Source: Oscillospiraceae bacterium (GTDB lineage: Bacteria; Fibrobacterota; Fibrobacteria; Fibrobacterales; Fibrobacteraceae). From it: DNA of 38,893 nucleotides. The stretch covers positions 1-38,893 of the forward strand of contig CAVKXR010000001.1 of NCBI GenBank assembly GCA_963660275.1, written 5' to 3'. Below the pieces are notes generated by a model. It was not told the origin of the DNA, searched no databases, and saw only the letters and a program-made list of their open reading frames with translations. Position 1 is the stretch's first letter. Each line of letters begins with the position of its first letter. Made by a program: the position numbers and the translations under genes. Below, one piece after another: positions 1 through 8,872 of this stretch.

Positions 1-98
1 TCTGCAAGGTTCTCGCTGAATTTTTTAAGAAGCCCAAAAGCTCGGTCCGCGTCGTCTGTGGTGCAACGAACAGCCGAAAAGTCGTCGAGGTGGATTAA
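1..98 (+). CDS. 3' end of DUF167/YggU-family protein (partial)
   Basis: Manual translation of frame 3 gives CKVLAEFFKKPKSSVRVVCGATNSRKVVEVD* (TAA 96-98). This matches the YggU C-terminal pattern LA..f..pKS.V.iv.G.tsr.K.v.i. It is not in the ORF track. Confidence 0.75.
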   Translation, partial: CKVLAEFFKKPKSSVRVVCGATNSRKVVEVD

Positions 99-127
99 GC
101 GGAGCTTAGAACAGTTGACGTCTAAGT

Positions 128-211
128 TTAGGGATCAGGGATTAGGCTGTGGACGTTTAAGCTTTCGAGAAGTGGTACGAGGGACACGCTATGCGAGACA
201 CGGGATGCGGT
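128..211. repeat. Left arm of degenerate purine-rich 7-nt periodic repeats
   Basis: ttaggga-tcaggga-ttaggct (128-148) and acgaggg-acacgct-atgcgag-acacggg-atgcggt (177-211). Confidence 0.6.
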
Positions 212-240
212 AATTCGAAGCGAACTGTTTTCTGTTTACC

Positions 241-417
241 GTCATTTCCCGGCTCGTTACACTGTCATTCCCCGGCTTGTCCGCCGCGGCGGACGCAGAC
301 CGGGGAATCTCAGGGATTGTCGGGGCTATGCCCGGTAATGACAGGTTAGCGAGCTTGTCGAGCTAAGCGCGATATGACAGTTTGGCAAAGATTGCCGGGT
401 CACGCCCGGCAATGACA
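241..417. repeat. Cluster of REP-like palindromes (GTCATT.CCGG...CCGG..AATC type) in alternating orientation
   Basis: Partial copy gtcatttcccggct (241-254). Full copy gtcattccccggcttg...accggggaatct (264-310). Inverted copies gattgtcggggctatgcccggtaatgaca (315-343) and gattgccgggtcacgcccggcaatgaca (390-417). Confidence 0.8.
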
Positions 418-474
418 AGTTGAGCGGCGTTAGGGTGGATGTCGCCAAAAGGAAAAAGTCCGCTCAGATGCTCT

Positions 475-537
475 TGTCCCTCGTCCCTCTCACCACATCC
501 CTTATCCCATTCTAACCACTGATTCCTGAATCCTAAT
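475..537. repeat. Right arm of pyrimidine-rich 7-nt periodic repeats, inverted relative to the left arm
   Basis: tgtccct-cgtccct-ctcacca-catccct-tatccca-ttctaac-cactgat-tcctgaa-tcctaat. Bases 475-484 are the exact reverse complement of 177-186. Confidence 0.65.
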
Positions 538-673
538 TTCTCCCGGCTAACAACTATTCACTAAACACTCGGTTCTAATCCCAGCCTTCTGCATTGGAAA
601 ATCGGATTTTTTTGGGACTTTTTGATTTTTGATATTTGATTTACCTATTTTCTGAATAGATAGGAGATTTATC

Positions 674-3010
674 ATGCAAAATTTGCCCACAAAAGAACAG
701 ATTGTCGCCGTGGTACGCGACGAGCCGATGGTCGGTAGCCAGCTTCGCCGTGCGATGGGCATTTCCAAACACAACAAATTGGCTTTCAAACAGCTGCTCG
801 CCGAAATGGTCAGCGAAGGAACGCTTGCCCGGACGAGCAACAAGGAATATACGCCCGGAAAGAGCGATGTCGAAACTTTCGAATCGGAGGAAAAGGATAA
901 CCGCCGCCCGGCAGCGGCAAGCCGTCGCAAGGCGACTTTTGACGATGACGAAAGCCGTGTGCATCGCGGAGTTCTCAGCCCGGATGGTAATGACTGGTGG
1001 AAAGTCACCGATTCCGCTTCGGGCAAAGTCTATGAAATGGCGCATCGCAGCAAGGCTCCCGGCAAGGACGGCGACACGATTGCTTTTACGCTTTATCCGC
1101 ATCCGAAACTAAAACATTCGATGCTCGCGAAGGTTGACCGTTCGGCGATGGAGGGCGAACTTTCCTGGAATGCTGTCAAGACGCAGTTCATGAAGGACGC
1201 TTCGCTGCCCGCAGGATTTTCCGATTCCATTATGGAATTTGTAAACAAGCAGAAAGAACCTTCGGAAAAGGATCTGGTCGATGGACGGGTCGATTTGCGG
1301 AAGACGTATATCCTGTGCATCGATCCGGACGGTGCGATGGATCACGACGATGCGATTTCTGTCGAAAAGCGTCCCGACGGCGGATTCCACTTGGGCGTTC
1401 ATATCGCCGATGTGAGTCATTACGTGCCGGAAGGCTCCGAGCTTGACGACGAGGCGCTTACGCGCAGCTTTACGCAGTATCTGCCGTGGACCGCCGTGCC
1501 GATGCTTCCCGATCGCCTTTCGAGCGACCTGTGTTCCTTGCACCAGGGCGTTGACCGCTTAGCGTTCAGCTGTCTCATGGAACTCGATGCGAACGCGAAT
1601 GTCGAAAGCTTTGAATTCAAGAAGAGCCTTGTGAACATCACCGCGGGCATCACTTACGGCGAAGCGGTGAAGCGTCTGGAAAACGGCGACGAACATGTGA
1701 AAGCTCTACAGGAAGTCGCGGACTTGCTCCGGGCGAACCGCCGGAAAACGGGAATCCTGGAACTCGGCAGCACGGAACTCGGCTGCAAGTTCGACGAGAA
1801 CGGCGAACCGGAAAAAATCGTCCCCCGCGAAGAGAACGAATCGGACCATTGGATCGAAGAGTGTATGCTGATTGCGAACCAGTGCTGCGCCAAGGAACTG
1901 GAACGTCGGCATTTGCAGGGCGTTTTCCGCGTCCATGAAGCTCCCGATACAAAAGATATCATGGAACTTTATTACCTGATGCCCGACCTGTTCAAGGACA
2001 GCCCGATTTCTCTTCGGGAACTGGGAAAGCCGCGCCGTGGCGATACGAACCTGAATCCGGAAATTTTCAAGCTTTACCAGCATCTGATCGCGCGGGCGAA
2101 AGGCGATGACGAAATCATTATGCGGATTTTGCGCAGTATGCAGAAGGCGCATTACGACAGCAACTGTTTTGGACACTTTGCCTTGAACTGGCAGGACTAT
2201 GCGCACTTTACTAGCCCGATTCGCCGTTATGCGGATCTGTGGTGCCACCGGGAACTTTCGCGCAAGACGCAGGAAGAAACCGATGCGAAGCGCGCTTGGG
2301 ACGTGGTCGCGGTCTGCTCCGAAATTTCGGCGAACGAAGTGAAGAACCAAAAGACGGAACGCATGTCGCTCAAGGTTTGCGCAACGTGGCTTTTGCGGAA
2401 GCATCTCGGCGAGGAATTCGATGCGACGGTGACGGGCGTCCAGGAATGGGGCATCTATGTCGGAGTCGATGATCCGCAGGCAGAAGGACTTGTCCGTTTC
2501 CGCGATATCGCCGGCTCCGATTATTACATCTTCAATCCGGACAAGGGAACCGTTTACGGCAAGCGCAGCGGAAAGACCTTTGCGCGTGGTGACAAGGTTC
2601 GGGTACGCCTGCTTCGCACGAATCCGGTTCGCGGGGAGGCGGACTTTGCGATTCTTTCCAAAATTTCCGATGGAAAGCTCAGCAAGATGAAAGCGAAGTC
2701 CCGCGATGAAGCCGCCGAAGAACTCGGGCTGGTTACGCAGCCAGACGAAAGCGAACTTTCCGCTCTCCGTCCGAGCGAACGGCGAAAGGTTCGGGAATCC
2801 TATGGCGGAGACCGCAAAGCGAACAAGCGGAAAGCCTCCCGGTCCGAGAGCGAAGGCTATGGACGGAGCCGCAGACGTTCATCGGATTCGGAAGGACGCT
2901 CGGAAAGAAAGTCTTCGCACACGAAAAAAGGTTTCGGGCGAAAGAAAAAAACGGGAAGCTTTGGCAATTCCCGGCGTGATTCCGGTCGAATCCATTCGAA
3001 AAAGCGCTGA
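674..3010 (+). CDS. rnr: Ribonuclease R (RNB family 3'-5' exoribonuclease)
   Basis: IDPDGAMDHDDAIS catalytic motif, GVHIADVSHYV, HFTSPIRRYADL, S1 domain and a long basic C-terminal tail. SD aggaga upstream. Confidence 0.92.
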   Translation: MQNLPTKEQIVAVVRDEPMVGSQLRRAMGISKHNKLAFKQLLAEMVSEGTLARTSNKEYTPGKSDVETFESEEKDNRRPAAASRRKATFDDDESRVHRGVLSPDGNDWWKVTDSASGKVYEMAHRSKAPGKDGDTIAFTLYPHPKLKHSMLAKVDRSAMEGELSWNAVKTQFMKDASLPAGFSDSIMEFVNKQKEPSEKDLVDGRVDLRKTYILCIDPDGAMDHDDAISVEKRPDGGFHLGVHIADVSHYVPEGSELDDEALTRSFTQYLPWTAVPMLPDRLSSDLCSLHQGVDRLAFSCLMELDANANVESFEFKKSLVNITAGITYGEAVKRLENGDEHVKALQEVADLLRANRRKTGILELGSTELGCKFDENGEPEKIVPREENESDHWIEECMLIANQCCAKELERRHLQGVFRVHEAPDTKDIMELYYLMPDLFKDSPISLRELGKPRRGDTNLNPEIFKLYQHLIARAKGDDEIIMRILRSMQKAHYDSNCFGHFALNWQDYAHFTSPIRRYADLWCHRELSRKTQEETDAKRAWDVVAVCSEISANEVKNQKTERMSLKVCATWLLRKHLGEEFDATVTGVQEWGIYVGVDDPQAEGLVRFRDIAGSDYYIFNPDKGTVYGKRSGKTFARGDKVRVRLLRTNPVRGEADFAILSKISDGKLSKMKAKSRDEAAEELGLVTQPDESELSALRPSERRKVRESYGGDRKANKRKASRSESEGYGRSRRRSSDSEGRSERKSSHTKKGFGRKKKTGSFGNSRRDSGRIHSKKR

Positions 3011-3013
3011 CCA

Positions 3014-3925
3014 ATGCCGGAGCAGAAAAGAAAGCCTTTGCGCAAGATTCTCTACGCCTCGTTTCAGACGGGAGAATCTTTGCCGGGCTATGTGCGCTAT
3101 GCCTTGGAAGGTCTTTGCCGAACAGGATTCTCGGTAGTCTATCTGACCAACGAACGCGATTTGGACGCGTCTTCCCATGCTTTTTTGGATTCCAACCGGA
3201 TTGAGCTTTTCTTTACCGAAAACCGCGGTTATGATTTCGGAATGTGGAAACGCTATATCCAATATACGGCGAAATTTCGGCGGGAAGAATGGGAACGTCT
3301 GGTTCTTGTAAATGATTCCATCGTGTATTTTCAAAACCGTTTCCAATCCTTTTTCAATTCGGCGGAAGAAAATTCGGCGGATGTCGTGTCGCTTACGGAA
3401 AACGATGAATATGCGCCGCATTTACAGTCGTTCTTTCTTTATCTGAAACAGTCTGCTGTCGCGACTTTTTGTCGTTGGCTTTTGGCGGAGCCGGAAGGCG
3501 TGGATTTTTACGATACGGTGAAACGCTTGGAAGTCGGAACGAGCGTCTTTTTGCGTGAACAGGGATTTTCCCTCGCCCCGATTTTTCGCACCGAATCTCC
3601 TGTGCTGTTTTCCTACCCGGAACTCATCCGAAAAAAGGGCGGTTTTGTAAAGCGCAAGCTTTTGGAACGGCGATGGACTTTTGGGGAAGCGTGCTTCTTC
3701 TGGAACCATGGAGCCGGCGATGCCTTGATGCTCGATTACGAAAAATTCATTCGGGATGAAGGTTTTCCCGACAGCGACTTTCGTTTAAAGTGGCTTGCGG
3801 AACCGGAAAAGTCGATTGCTCAAAAAGCCGCAGTGCGTATCAAGTTTTTCGGCTATCGGATTTGCTGGAAACTATTTCGGTTGGCTCGGCAGGTGAAGCT
3901 TAAAATTCGTGGACCGCATCGATAA
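3014..3925 (+). CDS. Rhamnan synthesis F (RgpF)-like glycosyltransferase-family protein
   Basis: Motifs ENRGYDFGMWK, LVLVNDS, PHLQSFFL and FVKRK are typical of RgpF-like proteins. Confidence 0.7.
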   Translation: MPEQKRKPLRKILYASFQTGESLPGYVRYALEGLCRTGFSVVYLTNERDLDASSHAFLDSNRIELFFTENRGYDFGMWKRYIQYTAKFRREEWERLVLVNDSIVYFQNRFQSFFNSAEENSADVVSLTENDEYAPHLQSFFLYLKQSAVATFCRWLLAEPEGVDFYDTVKRLEVGTSVFLREQGFSLAPIFRTESPVLFSYPELIRKKGGFVKRKLLERRWTFGEACFFWNHGAGDALMLDYEKFIRDEGFPDSDFRLKWLAEPEKSIAQKAAVRIKFFGYRICWKLFRLARQVKLKIRGPHR

Positions 3926-4916
3926 AGGCTCGGACATTTTCAATCGGCGTCTCGGGTAAAATTCCGTGGCCGAGATTCATGATATGCGGGCGATTCTTTG
4001 CGCATTTTAGAATTTCATTTGTGTGAAACTTAATTTGTGCGGGATCGGTAAAAAGCAACGCCTGGTCTAGATTTCCCTGGAAAATTTTATCGGGATATTT
4101 TTTGAAAAGCGCGGAAAGTTCCGAGCGGTGATCGACGCCGAAGACGGCGGCGTCTAGCGTCATGAGCGATTCCGTCAAATGGGAAGCTCCGTTTGCGTAA
4201 TGGATTATCGGAGCGTCTGTGAGTTTGTGTACAATGGAAATCACGGTTTCGGTGTAAGGCTTTGCCATCTGTTCGTAATCCGATTTGCCGAGAAGTCCCG
4301 CCCACGAATCCATGATGACCAAAGCGTCCGCTCCGCAGTTTGCCTGGAAAGCGAGATACTCGCCTGTCAAATGGGCGATGCGCTCTAAGAAAAGCTTATA
4401 TGTCTGCGGGTCGTTGTAAAAAAGAGCCTTTGTCCGGTACAAGTCCTTGGAACTTCCGCCTTCGATGGCGTAAGAGGCGATTGTGAGCGGCCCTCCGACA
4501 AATCCGAGGAGCGATTTGGATTCGGAAAGGTTCTTGCGAACGAGCTTGATGGCTTTCGCTGTATAATCCAGGCTTTTTTCAAAATCGACGTCTCGTAAAT
4601 TTTGCACGTTGGAAATCGATCGGATCGGATTTTCAATGACGGGTCCTTTACCTGGCACGAATTTCAGGTCGAATCCCATACAGGGAAGCGTTACGAGAAT
4701 ATCGCTGAAAAGAATCGCCGCATCCACGTCGAAGCGCTTTACGGGTTGGAGCGTCGCTTCCGCAGCGGCTTCCGGATTTTGTACAAACGAAAGAAAGTTC
4801 GGGAAGCGGTCGCGCAATTCCCGGTATTCGGGTAGGTAACGTCCGGCTTGGCGCATCATCCAAACGGGCTTTTCTGTCGTCTTTCCCTTGGCGGCTTTTA
4901 CAAAAAGGGTTTCCAT
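3900..4916 (-). CDS. hemE: Uroporphyrinogen decarboxylase
   Basis: PVWMMRQAGRYLPEY, AILFSDIL, NLGHGILP. Start moved to METLF (ATG 4916, SD gagg) to avoid overlapping prmA. Confidence 0.95.
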   Translation of the reverse strand: METLFVKAAKGKTTEKPVWMMRQAGRYLPEYRELRDRFPNFLSFVQNPEAAAEATLQPVKRFDVDAAILFSDILVTLPCMGFDLKFVPGKGPVIENPIRSISNVQNLRDVDFEKSLDYTAKAIKLVRKNLSESKSLLGFVGGPLTIASYAIEGGSSKDLYRTKALFYNDPQTYKLFLERIAHLTGEYLAFQANCGADALVIMDSWAGLLGKSDYEQMAKPYTETVISIVHKLTDAPIIHYANGASHLTESLMTLDAAVFGVDHRSELSALFKKYPDKIFQGNLDQALLFTDPAQIKFHTNEILKCAKNRPHIMNLGHGILPETPIENVRAFIDAVHEF

Positions 4917-4923
4917 ATTTTCC

Positions 4924-5769
4924 TCAGAGGCGTTCCGCTTCGACGCACCACCATTCGTCACGGGTCTGTTCGCGGAGCATCTTGAACCGGCATTCTTTGA
5001 ACCAGTCGAGCACATAGTCCTTTTCGGCGGTGAGCTGCCCTGTCAAGATGAAATGTCCTTTGGGCGCGAGCAATCGTTCCACGTCTTTTCGCAGTGGCCA
5101 GAATTCGGTGCGGATCATGTTGCAGACGATATGGTCGAATTGCATCCCCGCTTGGAATACATCCAGAAATCCGAAGACTGCGCGTGCGTTTTTGCAGCGG
5201 TTCTTTTCAAAATTTTCGGCGATGCAGGGGAGCGCGAGCATATCGATTTCCGTTCCGATGGCGAGTTTCGCGCCGAGTTTGTCGGCAAGCATCGTGAGAA
5301 TCCCTGTTCCCGTTCCGATGTCGAGAAAGCTTTTTCCTTTTAAATCAAGATTTTCGATCATGCCAGCGATGAGTGCCGTCGTGGCGTGGTCGCCGGTTCC
5401 AAAGGCGCTTTTCGCTTCGAGTTCAAGCAGAATCGCATCGGATTCTTCGGGCGTGAAATTTACCCACGGAGGTCTGACCCAAAGCCTTTTGGAAACGTGG
5501 ACTGGCGTTGCGCGATCTTTCCACCAGCGATCCCAATCCTTTGCGATTTCGTCTTCGGTTGTAAAATGATATTCGGGAAACCTGGAAATAATCGCTTGGC
5601 GCTTTTCGGCGGATTCGGTATAGAAACAGAAATCGGTTCGCTCGGACGTCGAAGTTTCGAGTTCTTCCAGCGCGCCGACGCCTGCATCCATCAAGAAGAC
5701 CGTGGCGAGATCGTAATCGGACGCTTGGCAGTGACCAGTCGCCTTGTACCAGATTTCATTTGTCTGCAT
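4924..5769 (-). CDS. prmA: Ribosomal protein L11 methyltransferase
   Basis: DW...WK, VRPPW, AFGTGDHATT and LDIGTGTGIL SAM motif. Confidence 0.88.
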   Translation of the reverse strand: MQTNEIWYKATGHCQASDYDLATVFLMDAGVGALEELETSTSERTDFCFYTESAEKRQAIISRFPEYHFTTEDEIAKDWDRWWKDRATPVHVSKRLWVRPPWVNFTPEESDAILLELEAKSAFGTGDHATTALIAGMIENLDLKGKSFLDIGTGTGILTMLADKLGAKLAIGTEIDMLALPCIAENFEKNRCKNARAVFGFLDVFQAGMQFDHIVCNMIRTEFWPLRKDVERLLAPKGHFILTGQLTAEKDYVLDWFKECRFKMLREQTRDEWWCVEAERL

Positions 5770-6625
5770 TGAATTTCCTTTGCAATGTCTTTTGTATCAC
5801 TTGGCGCGGGCTTGCGATGAAGAGGCTTGACCCGGCGATGACCAGAGCGATGCTTGCGATTTTTGTGGGCGGAAACGGCTCGGAAAAGACGACCGCTCCG
5901 GCGAGGATGGGGACGACCGCTCCGATGGCCGCGCTAAAGGGAATCACGAACAGGGCGCGCCCGCGGGAGAATGCGACCTGGGTGAAAATAAATGCGGTGA
6001 GATAGGCGGCGAGAAAGGCGTATAGGCGGATATCCGAAATCCAGAACAGAAGCTCGTTCCAGGACATTTCGATTCCCTTTTCGGTGGCGTCGATGGCGAG
6101 GCTCTTGTAGAGAATGTCGGAAAGGCCGTAGCCGATTCCCATAACGATCGAATCGCTGACTTCGTTCCGGCGAAAAATCGCGTAGCTGGCAAAGGCGAAA
6201 ACGACCGCGCTGCAAATGAAAATCCACAGAGCCTTGGTGTTTTGAGAACCGGCTTCTTCGTCGATTTCAAATGCCGCGCAGAGAAGCCCGCAGAGAACGC
6301 AGACAATCGCGACGACGATTCGGCGGTTGATGGGTTCCTTGAGGAAAATGCGCCCGAAAATCGCCGTGAGAACGGGATTTAGCGCGGATATGGGCTTGAC
6401 GAGGCTCAGGTTGTAAAGCGCCATTGCCGCATAGTTGCCGACGTTTCCGAGCGCGGACAGGGAAAATCCCGTCCACCAGCGCTTTGACGAAAGAAATCCG
6501 AAGAGAAATTTTACCGGATGGTGCGGGTCCGCTTTTCTGCCGGACGATGCGACGCCCGATTTCGAAAGGACGTTTCCGAATGCAAAGCAGACCGCTGCGC
6601 CTAGGGTGAGAACGAAGAAGAGCAT
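5756..6625 (-). CDS. DMT/EamA-family membrane transporter
   Basis: About 9-10 hydrophobic segments, two-repeat DMT pattern (SLVKPISALNPVLTAIFG.IFLKE; GAVVFSE). Confidence 0.75.
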   Translation of the reverse strand: MLFFVLTLGAAVCFAFGNVLSKSGVASSGRKADPHHPVKFLFGFLSSKRWWTGFSLSALGNVGNYAAMALYNLSLVKPISALNPVLTAIFGRIFLKEPINRRIVVAIVCVLCGLLCAAFEIDEEAGSQNTKALWIFICSAVVFAFASYAIFRRNEVSDSIVMGIGYGLSDILYKSLAIDATEKGIEMSWNELLFWISDIRLYAFLAAYLTAFIFTQVAFSRGRALFVIPFSAAIGAVVPILAGAVVFSEPFPPTKIASIALVIAGSSLFIASPRQVIQKTLQRKFNADK

Positions 6626-8872
6626 TTAGCGGTTCCAGACTTCCGCATAGACCCAGTAGTTTCCGAGGACGCGCTTCACGTAATCGCGGGTTTCCCAGTA
6701 GCTGATTTCCTCGGCGCGCAAATCCCAGGGAAGGTCCTTTCCTTCGGCTTGCCAACGCTTGGCGGGTTTGGGACCGGCGTTGTAATTGGCGAGAACGTAC
6801 ATCGGATCGTTTTCGTATTCGACGAGAAGATCCTTGAGGTAGCGGACGCCCAGACGGATGTTTACATAAGGATTGTAAAGAAGCTTCGGCGAAAAGGAAT
6901 TTAGGCCTTCTGCCTTGGCGAGCTTCTTTGCCGTCGGCGGAATGATTTGCAAAAGACCGCAGGCGTTTGCCGGGCTGGTAATCAGGTAGTTGAACGTGGA
7001 TTCCTGCCGCATCACGCTATAGACGAAAAATGGGTCGATGGAAGAATCCGCAGCGGCGAATACTTTGTTTTTGAACGGCATCGGGTAGAGGACTTTCATC
7101 ACGCCCCGTGGTGCGTCGCCCAGGTATTTTCTCGGGATGAGGTTCTGGAAAGAACGCGCCAAGGCGTATCCTTGGATGAGTTCGTTGTAGGCGAGAAACA
7201 GCGAAGCGTAACTGTAGAGAAATTCCAGCCGGGACTTGTTCTTCTTTTTTGCGAAATGGAAAAGGTCGTAAGCCTCTTCGGCAAAGCCCAGGTCGAGAAG
7301 TCGCTTGACTTTTTGGTAGCGTGCCACGCTGTGAGACGTGTCGGATGTTCCGCCTTGGACGGAGCGAATCCACTTTACCGTTGCGGAATCGGAAAGATCT
7401 TTTGGTGCGAGCCATGGAACCGCGGACGAATCCATCAGTTTGTATTCGACGAGCTTGACGCGGGAACGGTGGGCGTAATAGCCTACGGGAAAATCCTTGA
7501 TGCAGTCGAGGTAGGCTGCCTTGGCTTCTTCTGGCTTATTTTGTGCGTAATAGATGTCGCCGAGGAACATTCTGGCTCCGCTTGAACTCCAGAGAAAATC
7601 CGAAGCTTTCGCCTTGCTGAACGCGATAATCGCGGAATCTATCTTGTTCTGCTTGAAGTAGCAGAGCGCGATTCGGAAATCGGCCCATTTCTGTTTGTTG
7701 CTTTGCTTGAATTTCGGATTGTTCAGGGAGTCGTAGCTGGCAATCGCTTCGGCGAACATTTCCTTTTGTTCCAGTTCAAAGGCCCTTACCCAGATGTTGT
7801 TTGCGTTCTGGAGCGTGTAGCGGAATTTTTCCTGGAAGAGCGAATCAATTTGGTTTGCCTGCTTGGACATCTTGTTTGCGCGGTAGAGGCGGACGAGCGA
7901 TTGCAGCCATGTGGCGCGGGCTTCGACGCTATCGACGAGAAAGCGGTACGCTTGGATGGCGAGCGTATCCTTTTTTTGGCTCTTGTAGGCGTTCGCTCGA
8001 TTTTCCCAGAGAGAAATCCGGGTCTTTAAGGAGAGCGTGCTTGCGGGAAGCTTCCAAAGAATCGAATCTTCCGAAGTTTTTAATTCGGACGCTTTCATGG
8101 AATCTTTCGCGGGAGCCTTGGACGCGTCTAGCGCAAAGATGGAATCGATGAGGACGGCGCATTCCTTGTGAAAGCCCTTGCTGCATAGCCGGTTTGCGTA
8201 GGTGATTTTTTCGTTCAGGGATTCGGCGGGAGAAAGTTCCCGGATTCGCCGGAGAGCCTCCCAGGCTGCGTCGCCATATTCGGAAGGATGCGCGATAACA
8301 TAGAGATAGGCTTTTTTCGCCGCCTTGAAGTGGCGCGCCTGTTCGAGCAGGACGCCTTTCCGGTAACGCAGTTTCGGTTCGCGCGGATCGTCTCCATAGT
8401 TTTTTAGGAAAGCGTCGATCGAGTCCGCTTTCGCCTTGGGCTTTATCTTCTGGTTTTCCAATGTCAGATCCAGCCGGATGCGGTCCGCAAATTCTTTCCA
8501 TTCGGGGGAACTTGAAAATCGGCGGTCGCCTTCTTCAATCGTTTTCTTCGCTTTTTCGTACTGTTTTTCTTCAAATTCCGAGCGTGCGATTCGAGAGAGA
8601 ATGCTCTTGTCGATGCTCGTGTCCTTGTCGATGAGATTTCGGTAGGCGGAAAGGGCTTCGGAATAATTGTCGGCGTAATAGGCTTTTGCGGCGCAGGCGA
8701 AATCCTTTTCGATGCTTTCGGGAAGCGTATCGCAATTCTTCTGGCTGCGATTGAAGCGGATGACCTTGTTCTGAAAATCATAGCCGGGGACAAGCTCTTC
8801 CTTGGAATTGTTTTCGGAGGCCTGGAGAGTCGCGCAGGCGAGAAGCGCCAGAAGGAAAATGTTTTTAATCAT
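6626..8872 (-). CDS. TPR-containing soluble lytic transglycosylase (Slt family)
   Basis: Signal peptide MIKNIFLLALLACA and helical repeats. C-terminal SLT motifs VMRQES, GLLQI, NYNAG, ETRDYV. Start taken at ATG 8872. Confidence 0.9.
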   Translation of the reverse strand: MIKNIFLLALLACATLQASENNSKEELVPGYDFQNKVIRFNRSQKNCDTLPESIEKDFACAAKAYYADNYSEALSAYRNLIDKDTSIDKSILSRIARSEFEEKQYEKAKKTIEEGDRRFSSSPEWKEFADRIRLDLTLENQKIKPKAKADSIDAFLKNYGDDPREPKLRYRKGVLLEQARHFKAAKKAYLYVIAHPSEYGDAAWEALRRIRELSPAESLNEKITYANRLCSKGFHKECAVLIDSIFALDASKAPAKDSMKASELKTSEDSILWKLPASTLSLKTRISLWENRANAYKSQKKDTLAIQAYRFLVDSVEARATWLQSLVRLYRANKMSKQANQIDSLFQEKFRYTLQNANNIWVRAFELEQKEMFAEAIASYDSLNNPKFKQSNKQKWADFRIALCYFKQNKIDSAIIAFSKAKASDFLWSSSGARMFLGDIYYAQNKPEEAKAAYLDCIKDFPVGYYAHRSRVKLVEYKLMDSSAVPWLAPKDLSDSATVKWIRSVQGGTSDTSHSVARYQKVKRLLDLGFAEEAYDLFHFAKKKNKSRLEFLYSYASLFLAYNELIQGYALARSFQNLIPRKYLGDAPRGVMKVLYPMPFKNKVFAAADSSIDPFFVYSVMRQESTFNYLITSPANACGLLQIIPPTAKKLAKAEGLNSFSPKLLYNPYVNIRLGVRYLKDLLVEYENDPMYVLANYNAGPKPAKRWQAEGKDLPWDLRAEEISYWETRDYVKRVLGNYWVYAEVWNR

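Noticed and set aside
104..129. Hairpin after the yggU stop as a terminator
   Set aside because: Weak AT-rich stem, 10-nt loop and only a 3-U tail.
241..417. Possible CRISPR array
   Set aside because: Repeats alternate in orientation, spacing is irregular and no cas genes are present.
622..642. tttgatt-tttgata-tttgatt repeat upstream of rnr
   Set aside because: Low-complexity T-rich sequence that cannot be distinguished from promoter background.
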